Positions 27,390 through 40,439 of a DNA stretch of 64,000 nt are shown piece after piece. Made by a program: the position numbers and the translations under genes. The notes under the pieces were generated by a model that saw only the letters and a list, made by a program, of their open reading frames with translations, made no database searches and had not been told where the DNA came from. Source of the stretch: Lama glama (Eukaryota); the NCBI GenBank assembly GCA_028534125.1, contig CM052832.1, positions 14,882,001 through 14,946,000 on the forward strand. Direction: 5' to 3'. Numbering within the stretch: the stretch's first letter is position 1; each line of letters starts with the position of its first letter.

Positions 27390-29049
27390 AAGAGCACATT
27401 TCTTAAAGAGAAAAACAGAAGAGGGATTACTTAATAAGCAGTCTGGTATGTGTAAGCAGCTTGCTCAACCTCCAGTAAACACCAGAATGGGACTAATGAT
27501 TGCAGAGGGAATTAGTTAAATAGATGGGCAAACATCTGACACCACTGACAGTCAGCAAATAAATGCTGTAATAGGCTATCAAGTCTTTCCTTAAAGATGG
27601 GCTCCATCTGTCTGAAGTGGAAATGCAGCCTTTCTTCCAGGTAGAGAATGATCTAGTTTTCATATGGTCTTTAGCCCTGGTTTTATAATTAGCAAATGAT
27701 AAAGCAATCTTAAGAACTCTTCTTACTAGATTAGAAGATAATTTCTGTTAAACCTTTTTACTGAACTTGGCAAAGAAGGCTTTAGAAATGCATGAAGATC
27801 TTTTAGTGCCCTTCTGCAGCTTTTGAGTAGTCATCTTCCGACAGTTTTAGTAATTACTTAAAATTTATGAAGAATGGCTGCCCCAAATGTTTAAAGAGGA
27901 GTTTTAAGATTTGCTTATTACTCTCCTGCTCTCATGTTAAAAGAGGCCAGTTTTGTGTTTGAAAATATGATCTAAAAGTATAGTTGGACTTTTTTTTTTT
28001 TAAAGTAGAATCTTCTTAATTCAGACTTATTTGCCAGTAATAATGCCAGTTAACAATCTGAACTACATATGGCACGTTGTTGATTCACAGATAGGTAATT
28101 ACATAGTATTAGGGTATTTTGGGGATGGGAGGGCAGGCATCCTCACTGTCTAGCTTTACTTGACAAGAGTGATTTGTAGTTAATATGGATTATTTTCATA
28201 AGAACAAGTGCTTGAGGGTGCTCACTTTTTTTTTTCTGACTTGACTCTTGATTTACTCAGCAGGTCATAGAACAAAAGTTAAATTTTTACTTGGCTCAAT
28301 TATAAATTTGGATTAATGCTGTCTGAATTGGGAAAGCCTCTGCCAGATGCTTCTTACAAGTTTTTTGTTTAGAAGAGGTCTTGATAAATTCAGTTTCCTT
28401 GCTGGTCATTTATTTCTTAGGGTCGTAATAGCACTGTAGTTCTAAGAAAATTAATGATAAAGTTGTCACTCTCTAGTTACATGAATTGTTACACTGAGTG
28501 TTAACATGATAAACACAGTCATTTAAATCAGATTTAATTTCTAGCTTCTGCTTTCTGCCTGTCTCCCAGAAGTTTTGATAAAATAAAAAGATAAGCCCTT
28601 TTAATATTAATTTCCCACATGATACAAAGTAAATGGCCCTGTGATGATGCCAAGAGTATATTGCAAAAGAAATGTTAGTGGTGACCACAAGGGAAGCAGA
28701 ATGGAGCTAAGTCCTGAGGCCTCTGCTGAAGCATCCGTAATAGAATTCCGCTTGCCAGCCATCTGGAGCAGAAACTGAAAGGAAATTCCTGGGGTCTGAC
28801 AGGGAATTTATCGCCAAGTGTTTTCTAGTCCTTTGATGTTGATTTGGGGGAGGGAGGAGGAGAAGTAACTATAAAGAAGAGTGAGATGAGACCAGGGTGT
28901 GGATTTGTGTGGTTATTTTTGGTTGGTAAGCCTGATACGTCCATCACAGGAATATTGAGTAGTCCAATATCTCAAAGGAAAGACTCTCCAAAGGGAACAG
29001 ATAAGAATGATTTCTCTGTAGCAACTTGTGGGAAACTGAGACCAGAATA

Positions 29050-29139
29050 ATATATATATATGTATATACATATATATATATACATACACACATATATATG
29101 TATGTATATACATATATATACATACACACATATATATAT
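29050..29139. repeat. Compound (TA)n/(CA)n microsatellite
   Basis: Alternating purine-pyrimidine run seen directly. Confidence 0.95.
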
Positions 29140-32100
29140 TTAATTTAGAGTGCTTTTTGTTATAAAAATTTGAAAGGAGTCCCCTTGATAGTCTTAGATA
29201 ATAGTCATTCAACAACCACTTTTGAAGTGCTGGCTCTCTACCAGGTCCTGTACTAGATGCTCAGTATTCACTGATAAACAAAAATATGGACTCTGCTTTT
29301 ATGAAGTTTACAGTTAATCACACTCAAAAATGTTTGATCACAAATCGAGATTACATTATCTAGGAAAAGAACATTAGTCATCAACGTTTGACAAAAGACC
29401 TTGATAAGGACATGGTGGGCAGGGATGTCTTGGGGAAGGCTACCCTGATCTCTGAAGGATGAGTTGGAGTTAATTAGGCATTGGGAAGGGCATTCCAGAC
29501 TGAGGAACAGCATGTGCAGACACTATAGTAAGAGGGAGTGTGGAGTGGTTGAAGAACGAAGTTAGGCCAGTGCTACAGAGGTAAAGAACACAAGCATGAA
29601 GTGAGGTCGGTGGGGCCAGACCATGGAACCCTTGTCAGCCATGGTCTTGGTTTGGTTGTTAATTATTTTTTAACTTTTTTTATTGTGGAAAATTTCAAAT
29701 GTACACAGAAGAGAGATGCTCAGTGTACTTACCGTACAGCTTTAATCAGTACTTGGTCAGCCTTTTTCATCTGTATTTTCGCCCATCTGATTATAGTTAT
29801 GATTTTTAAAAGTAATGTGAGGTCTTTGAAGGATTTTGATAAAAGCAGGGTTGGGTGGGAAATTTGACTAGATTTTTGTTTTGAAAGATAATTTGGGCTG
29901 CAGAAGAGAGAATAGATTGGAGGGAGGAGATCACGTATATTGGGAGACCAGTAAGGCGGTTACTATCCTGTCAAGTAAATACGTTGAGTCAGGTGGTTAG
30001 TGATAGTGGAGCTGAGAGAAGTGGATAGATTTCAGAGATGTAGAGAGGAAAGATCCAGACTTGGTAACAGGTCAGATATGAGGGATGAAGGAGAGGGAGA
30101 AGGTGGCTCTGGTGATTCCTAAGTTTGTGACTTGAACCTTGGATGGCTGAAGGATCCTGAACTTGAAGGATGGTTGGTGGTGCCACAGTGTGAAGACCAA
30201 GCAACAGGAAGAAAGAAGGCAACCAGTTTCACCATTGTATCAGTTCCTCAAACTTCCACTTCTGTGCCTTTCTCTGGACTACATGACAGCATGGTTTCTC
30301 ACACTGAGGCCAGAGAATTAAGCTGAATTTGGACTGGGCTTTCCTAGCCCTTCTCTGGAGCAAAGGATATGGTCATGTTGGGTTCAAAGAACATCCTGGA
30401 GATATAATGTAGAATGGTGCCAAGAAGGCAGCAAAGGAAATTTTATCCTAATGGACAGGTGCAAGTTGTCAGAAATATTTCATGAATGATCTCTTTTGAC
30501 TTTTGAGTAATATTTGCCATGTTCTCTGAGGAGTCACCAATTATTTAAAATAAACCAGAAGAAAATGTAGCACTTTCTAAATAATTGTTTCAGAGACTTA
30601 TTCAATCGTTTCTTTTCCTTTTAATCTTTCAGGTAATAGACTTATAATAAACTGCCTCTAGGAAATCTTGGATTTGTCTACAAGATTATAAGTATTATGT
30701 ATCTTAGCACAGGCGTGTGTTAGTCACTCTAGGAAGAAGTTAGGATTAGTCTCCTGTCCTTGGAGTCTACCAGCCAGCTGCTTAATAGTGCTTCCAGTTC
30801 CTGAGAAGACCCTCTGGCACCTGCTCAGCTCATGGCTAGCTGTAATCTTCTGTATACATTAAAAAGAAATTTTGTCACCATTCTGGGGTGGCATGTGAAA
30901 AATAAATGATTTTAAGTAAAAGATTAATCACTTTAGATAAACATATTGGTTTTTCTCAGAGGAGTCTTCCCTGACTGTCTTTAATGTAGCTCCCCAGGCT
31001 GCACATTGTCACATCATACTCTTTCATTTTCTTCTAGCACTTACCACTGTCTCATATTACCATACCCTTTACATGTCTCCCTCCCTTAACATTGAGTCCA
31101 TGAGAGCAGCTGTCTCCTCTGTCTCATTCACCACTGTAGCCCAGTGCCTAGTTAAGAGACTGATGCATATATATTCCCAAGAAATAGTTTTTGAATGAAT
31201 GTATGAATGTCAAAATACAATCTGTTTCTACCTTTCTGTCATTTACCATGTAATTCACATTGTTTAGTTTAGTTTAAAATAATCATGTAAGAGAAGTATA
31301 ATTTGTCAGCAAATAAATTGTTTTATACCTGATGCATATTAAAATGCACATTGAAATGTAACTGTGCATTATGATTTACAAAATGACCAAAGTTGCTTGT
31401 GTGATATATTTGGAATTTCTACCTTTAAATTTAAAAGGAACTACCTTATTTCATTACCTAGAATATCTTATGCGTTATTTAGAATACCTTATTTCATTAT
31501 TTCAGAATAACTTATTTTTAAAATAATTTTATTTTTTAAACTTTATTTCTAAATTTACTTCTAAATTTTATTTCTAAAAGAGACTTCAGAATGCTTTTTG
31601 CAAGTATCTTTAAGTAACATTGAAGGTATGAGTAACCTTTAATTCCCACACAAAAAAGTCAAAAGATACTATATTTTTTCATTTGCTGTTAGCTTTTGAA
31701 GTATGGGGACATATTCATGTTGTATACAGTGATTTTGACAAGTTGAATGCAACTTGCAGATCTGGTAGAAATAATTTTGAAAGAAATTTGTAGATGTGTA
31801 TTTATGTTCCTTGTAAACTTATAGTTCTATACTAGTGTTCCTTCTCTATCCTGTATTCAGCTAATGGTCTGTTATAGGTTGTGATACAGTAATCATTTGT
31901 GTTGATGGGTAAGATCTCAAAGAATGGGTAGGATTTTCATATTGATTACCTGTTGTTTAGATTTAGATACTGTCAGCAATTTAGAAATTGTTATTAGTAA
32001 AAATACAAATATTTTAAGATATAAGTACTTATTTTTAAAAAAGCTTCTATAGAAGGGAAACAGCAGGTTGAACTGCTATTGGAAATACTGAAAATGATAA

Positions 32101-33857
32101 CAGGAGTTTTTTCAGTGCTAGAGAACAAAAAGGCTGAGCTTCTAGATGAGAACAAAACCTTAGTTCATTTAAATTCAGTTATATTTGCAATGATTGATAA
32201 TTAGGACAACTTAGAACTATTACAATTTCTTATGCCATTCTTGTTTTCTGACTTTTTACAATCATCTAAAATATGTTTCTTGATACTTAGTGTCCAGTAG
32301 AGGTAGATAAAAACAGCTTTGTAATACAATAATTTGACAGCAATATACCAGCAGAGAAATTTGTGACCTGAAACTAGGTGTGGTCAAGTTTAGTCTTTAG
32401 AACTTGACTCGGTCTGGTTAGTTAGCAAAAAATGGCTTCCTTGTTTAGCTTCCCAGGGATGAAGCTGGAAACAGATATTGGGAGACAACCAGGAGTCTCT
32501 ACCACATTTCTCTTCTTCCTTTCCTTGCTGCTTTCCTGAGGCCGCCACACAATCACACCCACCCACAAATCAAACATGGAGCATAAAGGAAGTTCGTTTT
32601 GACTGGAGACAGGAGTGCAGGGTGAGTGAAAGTAAATGGTGGGAGTGACAACTCTGTCAAGGCCGGTTTGCAAGTTTACAGGGCAACAGTAGAATCAGTT
32701 CTGAGCTTTGGCTGCGTGATTATTTCCTTTGTGAGGATGATTGAGGGTAGGAATCATTTTTCTGACATTTTGAGAGACTGATAGCTACACTGATTTTGAA
32801 CTGGACATGTGAAAATTATAAATGTGCTATTACTAAAAATATGTGCTGATCAGAACTCTCACCTAGCTGTGTTTATTAATACATCTATTTTGGGCCTTCT
32901 TTTTCCCACTGCCAAGGCTCCCTAATCTCCCATGACTGCTGAGTTTGCTGCTTACCCTTAAAGGACAAGCCTACTTCCCTCCCTCTTTTTAAATGGGCTA
33001 GGATAAAAATTCAGTTATTTATCAGTGTTGTAGGTGGTTGAGGAGTTAAGTCTGTTTGCCCTTTGTGTTTTTATTTCTCTTTGGTTATTTGCCTCTTTTG
33101 TTCATATAGTTTGCATAGCTGCCTTCCTTTAGTGGAGTGACTAGATGCCAGTACTTGTTAACCTGCAAAGGGACCCAAGTAACCCCTTATCCTTCTGAGA
33201 GTGAGTGTGTGGATCTAGAGGACTCCAAGGCTCTGCTGGCTTAGAACCCAGTGAACCTTGGCATGACTGCTAGTGTGTAATGCAGCCTCACTGTTCATAA
33301 ACCAGTCATAAACATCTGTTGGCTTTTGGTTACCCAGTAGAATGGGGAGAAAAGTGATACTCTTGCTGGTTTGAGTGTTATGATTAATTGTTAACTGAGT
33401 ATGTTTTACAGATTTAAACCTCTTGCTATAGAACTGAAGCTGCAACAATTGTAATGTGCTCTTTATTCAGATGCAGACTCCCAAGACTCTGAGTGTTAGC
33501 TAATGGTGCATACTGCTACAGCAGTCAGATGGAGTCAGGGGTTTGGTGGAAGGAACGTTGTTTTAGAGTCGGGTCTGTAGTTCAGGTCTGAGTACCCTTT
33601 TTAAACTAGTTTCTTCAAGTGTGAAATAGAAATACGTCTACTAACATCATCTAATTCCTAGATGTTATTGTGAGAATTAAGTTAGATTGTATTTACATGC
33701 ATAGCACTTGGGACATTCTAAATTGCTCTAGAAATATTAGTTACAACTGTTACTAATAATTTTATGCATTTAGTTGAGCCTTCATTGGTCCTTTAAAGCA
33801 ATCCAGCAATAGCATTTTAAAATATATGCAGTATCTTAAAACACATTTTAATGTTTT

Positions 33858-34350
33858 TTAATAGAATTCATTTTTTAGAGCAGTTTTAGGGTCACAGCAA
33901 AATTGAGTGAGAAGTATAGACTATCTGTGTACCCTCTGCCTCTGCATACTTACAGCCTTCCCCACTGTCACTATCCCCCACCAGAGTGGTACATGTGTCA
34001 CTGATCCTACATTGACACATCATTATTACCCAGACTCCATAGTTTAGATTAGGGTTCACTCTTGGTGTTATGCATTCTTTGGATTTTGATAAATGTATAA
34101 GGACATGTATCCATCATTAGAGTATCATACAGAGTAGTTTCACTGCCCTCAAAATCCTTTGTGCGCTGCCTATTCATCCCTCTCTCCCCATAACCCCTGG
34201 CAACCAGTGATCTTTTACTGTCTCCATAGTTTTGCCTTTTCCAGAATGTCATATAGTTGGAATTATTAAAATATGTAGCCTTTTCCGATTGAATTCTTTC
34301 ATTTAGTACTATACATCTAAGGTTTCTCTGTGTCTTTTTATGACTTTGAT
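33858..34350 (-). mobile_element. L1 3' end (L1MC-like)
   Basis: ttttttagagcagttttagggtcacagcaaaattgag...ccccaccagagtggtacat...agggttcactcttggtgtt motifs. Confidence 0.8.
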
Positions 34351-34504
34351 AATGCAACTATAAATAACTTAAATAATGGAAATGAAGTTGCTTAAATAAA
34401 CTAAGAATTTATTTTTTTCCTATTGCTACTGATCAGGCATTCTGTCTTCTTTCAGAAGTTAGGTAATTATTAGGACATTCTTAAAATAGTTTTTACCACT
34501 TTAC

Positions 34505-35112
34505 AGCCATTATTTTAAAAAATGGAAAATAACAAGTATTAGTGAGGATGTGGAGAAATAGGATACCTGTGTGTTACTGGTGGGAATGTGAAATGGTTCA
34601 GTTGCTGTGGAAACAGTTTGGTGGTTCCTGAAAGTTAAACATAGAATTTTGTTTGACCTTGTAGTTCCACTTACAACCAAATGTCCATCAATTAATGAGT
34701 AGATAAAACAATTGCAGTGTATGCATACAATGGATTATTATTAGCCATAAAAATGAATGAAAGTACTATTACATGCTACAATGTGGATGAACTCAGAAAC
34801 GTGCTAAAATGAATGAAACCAACCTTTTTGTCATATATTGTATGATTCCATTTATATGAAATATGCAAAATAGGTAAATTCATAGTTACAGAAAGCAGAT
34901 TGTTGGTTACCAGGGGCTAGAGGTCTGACTTCTGGGGTGAGGAGTAACTGCTTAATGGGTATGAGGTTTTATTTTGTGGTGATAAGGGTGTTTTAGAGCT
35001 GGAGGCAGTGGTTTCACAACATTGTGAATACTAAGTACTAATTGTTCTTTTACCTAATTGTTCACTTTAAAATGGTTAATTTTATGTTATGTGTATTTCA
35101 TCTCAAGTTTTT
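34505..35112 (+). mobile_element. L1 3' fragment (L1MB-like)
   Basis: gtgaggatgtggagaaa...tggtgggaatgtgaaatgg...aaatgtccatcaa...ttcactttaaaatggttaattttatgttatgtg. Confidence 0.78.
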
Positions 35113-35740
35113 AAAAGTATTCTCTTTATAAAGTTTTCCTTTTACAGTGGTTTGTTTTAAATAGCAACTTATAATTCATTATAAATTCATGAATAAATAG
35201 GCTTTGTTTTCTACATACTTCGTTAGGTGGGTGTTGTGAGGCCATTTCATTCTCCAAATGTTTTGACGTACAATTGAGAGACAAATTTAGGATCTAATTG
35301 TTAAAGTTTTAGAGGCACTACAAGTTAATTGTTCAGGAATGATGCTTTCCTATAGGAGGGTAATTTTTGTTTTAGCCTCTTGATAGTTGAAAAAAAGGAA
35401 TGTTAAGGCTAATATAATTTTGAGTTTCTTTACTGTAAGAAAAACATTTATGAGACCTGGCATTAAAAATAAATGAAACAGATCAGCTAAAATTTAGGAA
35501 AGATGTACAGAAGGTATGTTCCAAGAATGGGCAATATTCCACTAAATCTAGCTCTCTTATGGGTTAGCAAAAAAGAAAGAGGAAAAGGGGATAGGAGTAA
35601 TGGCTTTTTACTGACTGGTAAAAGCACACGTGTAAGTTAACATAGAAATAGACTTTTCCTGGCATTACATTTTAAGGTGCATTTACAGAGCAGGTTCCTC
35701 CTATGTGGGGAATCTAAGTGGTATAATGACAATGTCTTTA

Positions 35741-35865
35741 TTTATTCATTTATTTTTGTGGGAGGGAGGTAATTAAATTTATTTTTAGAGGAGGTACTGG
35801 GGATTGAACCCAAGACCTTATGCATGCTAAGCACGCACTCTACCACTTGAGCTATACCCTCTCCC
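35741..35865 (-). mobile_element. Vic-1-type SINE
   Basis: Perfect 15-bp TSD atgacaatgtcttta (35726-35740, 35866-35880); clear A/B boxes. Confidence 0.93.
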
Positions 35866-36859
35866 ATGACAATGTCTTTAAATGTGGTTTGTAGAAAATT
35901 CAGAATTGTTCTTCATTTGGTCATTTTGTAATGTTTAATGGGCCCTTAAATTAAACTTACTTTTGAATCGGCAGTACATTTACATGGTTCAAAATTCAAA
36001 AGGCCCACGTGAGATGCCGTAAAAATTCTCCCTTTCATACTTGACCCTCTAGTTACTTAGTTTCTTTTCCTGTAGACAACCTGTGTCATCAGTTTCTTAT
36101 GACTTTTATAATAGATGTTTGATTGTATAGCATTCACTTATACTGATTTTCTATGGAGTTAGAATAATTAAAACATCTTGTCTATAATGAACCCTGTCTC
36201 TCCACATTTACTTCTTTTTATTGAGTCATACAGCATTGGCGTGTCTTCAAGCGAAGAACTGTTAGCTGTGAATTCTCAATCTTAATGCAGTTGCTACCTA
36301 GTTTTCTTCTGTGATTTCTGGTGATACACTTCCCAGCTTCCTACATAGAGTAAATGAAGTGTAATTTGTAGTAAAATAATAGTTTGACAGTTAAATTTAA
36401 TTCAGTTAGGAACACAAAAATTTGTGAAATATAGTACTTGAAATTACGTTAAAGTATTTTTCCTATGAAAATTATCTTCCCATCGTAATTTTCTCCTGTG
36501 TAGTTCAGTATTCGTTTTGTTCATAGTATACCATGTACATCTGGCCCTTTTTCAATTCTCATTTTGGTAAGAATGGTAAGCTGGAATTCACACAGACATG
36601 GTCAGAATTGGAAAAGAACAGTTGGTTGTGACCTGCCTGCCCTCACTTATTGCACTTCTGGCCCCACCATAAGACTTACCTTTCCTGTACATCTGTTTGT
36701 GTCATATCTGGGCGGTATAGTATAGCGTGGCAAACTATAGCCATAAAGTAAACCATCATGGTTTACAATACATTGGTGTAAAATAAAAATTTCTTTTTTA
36801 GTTTTAAAAATAATTTTCCCTCAATCATGTGATTATGCTTATGTGTGGAACTGATATTA

Positions 36860-39175
36860 AGAGTAGCCTGTAGAAATTTAGCATGACTTCTTTTAAATTA
36901 TAAGCAATAGAATAGAGGTAGGAGCCCATTGTAACAATAACGTAAAGAATAAGCTTAAGAAATGGGTAAGATCTGTGCAAAGGAAAGTTTTCAAATATTA
37001 CTGAGAGGGCTTGAACAAATGGAAAAACATACCGTATTAAGTAGGAAGGTTCTATATCTTGAACAATTGACAATATCTTGTCAATTCTTGTTAAGTTAAT
37101 CTATAAATTTAACTCAATATTTGTAGAAATTATAAGTAATTTTCTTTAAACCACTCAAGTAATTTCTAAAGTTCAAATAGATAAGCAGACAGAGGAATAG
37201 CCAATAAAATTCTGAAAAAGAAGAATGAAGGGTGGGAGTGGTGATGTCTAGTCCAGTTAGACCATTGCAAAGCTATGATAGTTAAAATAGAATGCTAGTA
37301 TATTGCATCATGAGTAGACAAATGAATCAATAGAACAGAATGCATATATGAACAACTGGCGGATTATCTAGAAAAAATTAAGTTGGATTATTTACTGCTG
37401 TTTATATCAGGATAATTTCCATTGTAGATAGGAAACATGAACAATTAAAAGAGAACCATAAATTGCTACAAGAAAGCATGAGATAGTTTCATTGCAGTGT
37501 TGGATGGGTTAGGAACTTCTAAGTGTGCTATCTAATTCAAATCATAAAAGGAAAGATTTGAAGGACTTTTGTAAGTGGAAAGCTACACCTTGTTAATGGA
37601 ATAGAAGACATTACAGTCCTCCCCAAATTAATCTTTTAGTTTTTGTATTACTAATCAAAATCTCAGCATTTTTAAAATAGTCATTCCAAAATATATATGG
37701 AAGCACAAAGGGCTAATAGTAGCCAAGACATTTTTTTAAAAGCCTTTTTATTATGGAAAATTTGAAATCTGTACAAAAGTAGACTGGATAGTATAATGAG
37801 CCCCCATATACTCCTCACTCAGCTTCTCAGCTTCAGCTGTTGCCGACTCATGACTGATTTTGTTTTCATGTATATCCCTATACATTCCTCCCCCTCCTGT
37901 ATTAGCTTAGATTAAATCTTAGACATTATAATCTCATTTATAAATATTCAGCAAGTATTTCTAAAAGAGAACACTCTTTAAAAAGAAAATACAATGTCAT
38001 AATTATACCCTGAAAGTTCATAAAGGAAAGATAAGATAAATGGCTGATACTTCCCCTCAGTTTACCATTATTCATCAAATTAAGTTAATGTACATCAAGT
38101 ATGTTTCAACCCATAGATACATATTGATAATTTAAAACAAAACAAAACTGAAGGAATCCAGTGAACCAACTAATTAGTTTGGGGAATAATGGTAAATTGA
38201 GGGGAAATACCATTTATTTGGTGTTTCATACCTGATGTTTTAATCCATTGCAGTTATTCTTATTGATCTATTTTTGACTAGTAGGAGCCTCTTCAAGTTG
38301 ACTCCTGAGTCCTTCTGATATAACCCTAGAGGTTTTGTAATAGCTTCCTTAACATATGGTATAGCAAGATGTTTCAGACTTAACTTTTATGTTTCCTGAC
38401 TCAGTCATGAAATCAGCCATATCAGGAATGAAAGTACAGTATTCCACAGAAAGAATCAGTATAGATTCTGTGAATATTAAAAGGGTAATAAGGGAATATT
38501 ATGAATAATTTTAAGGTAATCAAATCAATATTTTAAATGAAATGGGCAAATTTCTTGAAAGACAAGAACTACTAAAGTTGGAACCAACTGGTCCTGGAAC
38601 CAGTCCCGCTTGGATATCAAAGGATGACTGTATATCAGACCATCATGTTGTACACCTTAAATTTATAGTTTTGTTTGTCAATAAGTTAAATAAATAAATA
38701 TGAAATATTTCCTCATTAAAGCTGGAGGGGGGACACTCATCAGATTGGCAACATAGAAAAGATCATACAGTTGATCATGTACATGTACATGGCAAAATCA
38801 CTATAAAGTCAAATCAACACTCAACAGGCTAATTTATTTAATATATAAAGAGCTTCTCCAAATTAGTAAGAAAAAGACCACTCAATAGAAAAAGGATGTG
38901 AAAAGGAAACACAAGTAACTCCTAAATATATGAACCAAAAGGATATGCTATATTTCACTTGTCAAATTGGCCAGTTTTAAAAAAAATTGAATAATACCGT
39001 GTGTTGGCAGAAATGTGTGGGAACAGTCAGTCTCATGGTACTGGCAGACATATAAGCTGGTACAACCTCTATGGAAGGCAAACTGCCAGTATTTATTAAA
39101 ATTACAACTGTGTTTATCTTTGATACAGCAGTTCTTGTCTTAGGTTTTATGAAGAAATTACCTTTACCATGATAC
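36860..39175 (+). mobile_element. Mosaic of decayed L1 fragments with nested older elements
   Basis: A-rich L1 ORF2-like motifs (tcaatagaacagaat, tcctccccaaattaatc, ggtacaacctctatggaaggcaa); a MER2/Tigger-like terminus near 38590-38632. Not resolved in detail. Confidence 0.55.
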
Positions 39176-40402
39176 AAATGACCTCTGTGTTGCCAAATCC
39201 AGTGGTCAATTCTCAGTCCTCATCTTAAATGACCTCTTAGTAGCATTTAATCCAATTGATCATTCCCTCCCCTTTCAAACATTTTGCTTGGCTTCTTGCA
39301 TGCCCCACGCTTGGTTTTCTTTTTCCCTTACTGTTTCTTCTCTGACTCCTTTGTTCGATCCTTTAAAACATTAAAGAGCCCCAGACTCAGGCCATGAGCA
39401 CTCCAGACTTCTCTAAGTGATCTCATCCAGCCCCAAATTCCACGTACTGCCACATGTCGATTTCCACCTCTGACCTCTCTGCTGAACCGCAGACTCATCT
39501 CCAGCTGCCTTCTCAGCAACTCTGTTTGTGAGTTGGATAGGCACCTCAGACTTAACACATGCAAAACTGAACTTTTGGTATTACCCTCCAATCTGCTCCT
39601 CCCGTTGTCTTCCCATTTTGTCCATTTCTTCAGGCCAAAGAACTGGAGTTATCTTTGACTTCCTTCTTTTGCTCACAGCCCCCACATCAGGAATTCTATT
39701 GACTCTCCCATTGAAAGAAGAGTCAGAACCTTATCAATTCTCTCACTACCCACTGCTACCTATTTAGTCTAAACGATCATCACTTCTTTCCTTGGACTAT
39801 TATGTAAATCCTCCTAACTAGTCTCCTTATCCCATCCTTGTTCCATCTTGCAGTCTGTTTTCTACACTGCACATCAGTGATTCTGTTAAAATATGTGCTT
39901 AGAACCCCTCAGAAGGGGTGTTCTTCTTTACTTGGGATAAGATCCCAACACCTTACCTTCTTAATTTGTTCTGTGAAGCCCTCTGAGACCTCCCCCTTCC
40001 GCCAGCTCATTTGCTAATTCTTCTCTAGCCACTCTGGCTTTCTTACTTTGACCCCAAGTACTTCATTGCCTCAGGGCAGGACCTTTGCCTGAGATGCCCT
40101 TTCCCTGGAGAGCCAAAGGCTTGTTTCCTCACTTCAGTCAGATTTGTGCTCAAGACCTTCCCTCACCTCCCTATCTAAAAGAGTACTCTGTTAATTTCTT
40201 CTTCCCTATTTGACCTTGTTTATCTTGTTACTACATACCGTCTGACATTATTATTTTTTTTGGTCTTCTCCCATTAGATTGTATGTTCCGTAAGAGCAGG
40301 GTCTTTGCTTTTTGTCTAGCCAGAGTGCCTAGAACAGTGATTCGCATGGAGTGGATATTCAGTGAATATTGGTCGAACAAGTGAGTGAGTGAATGAGTGA
40401 AT
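39176..40402 (+). mobile_element. L2 LINE fragment
   Basis: atgacctctgtgttgccaaatccagtggtcaattctcagtcctcatctt start motif; ends gtgagtgagtgaatgagtgaat. Confidence 0.78.
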
Positions 40403-40439
40403 ATATGAATTCTACCAGTATATTCACATGTGGGAAATT

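Noticed and set aside
28913..29215. ORFs rich in Y/I/V/C
   Set aside because: Translation of the TA/CA microsatellite.
31440..31580. Short degenerate direct repeats (taccttatttcatta, tttatttctaaa)
   Set aside because: Looks like local slippage in AT-rich DNA; no regular repeat-spacer structure, so not CRISPR-like.
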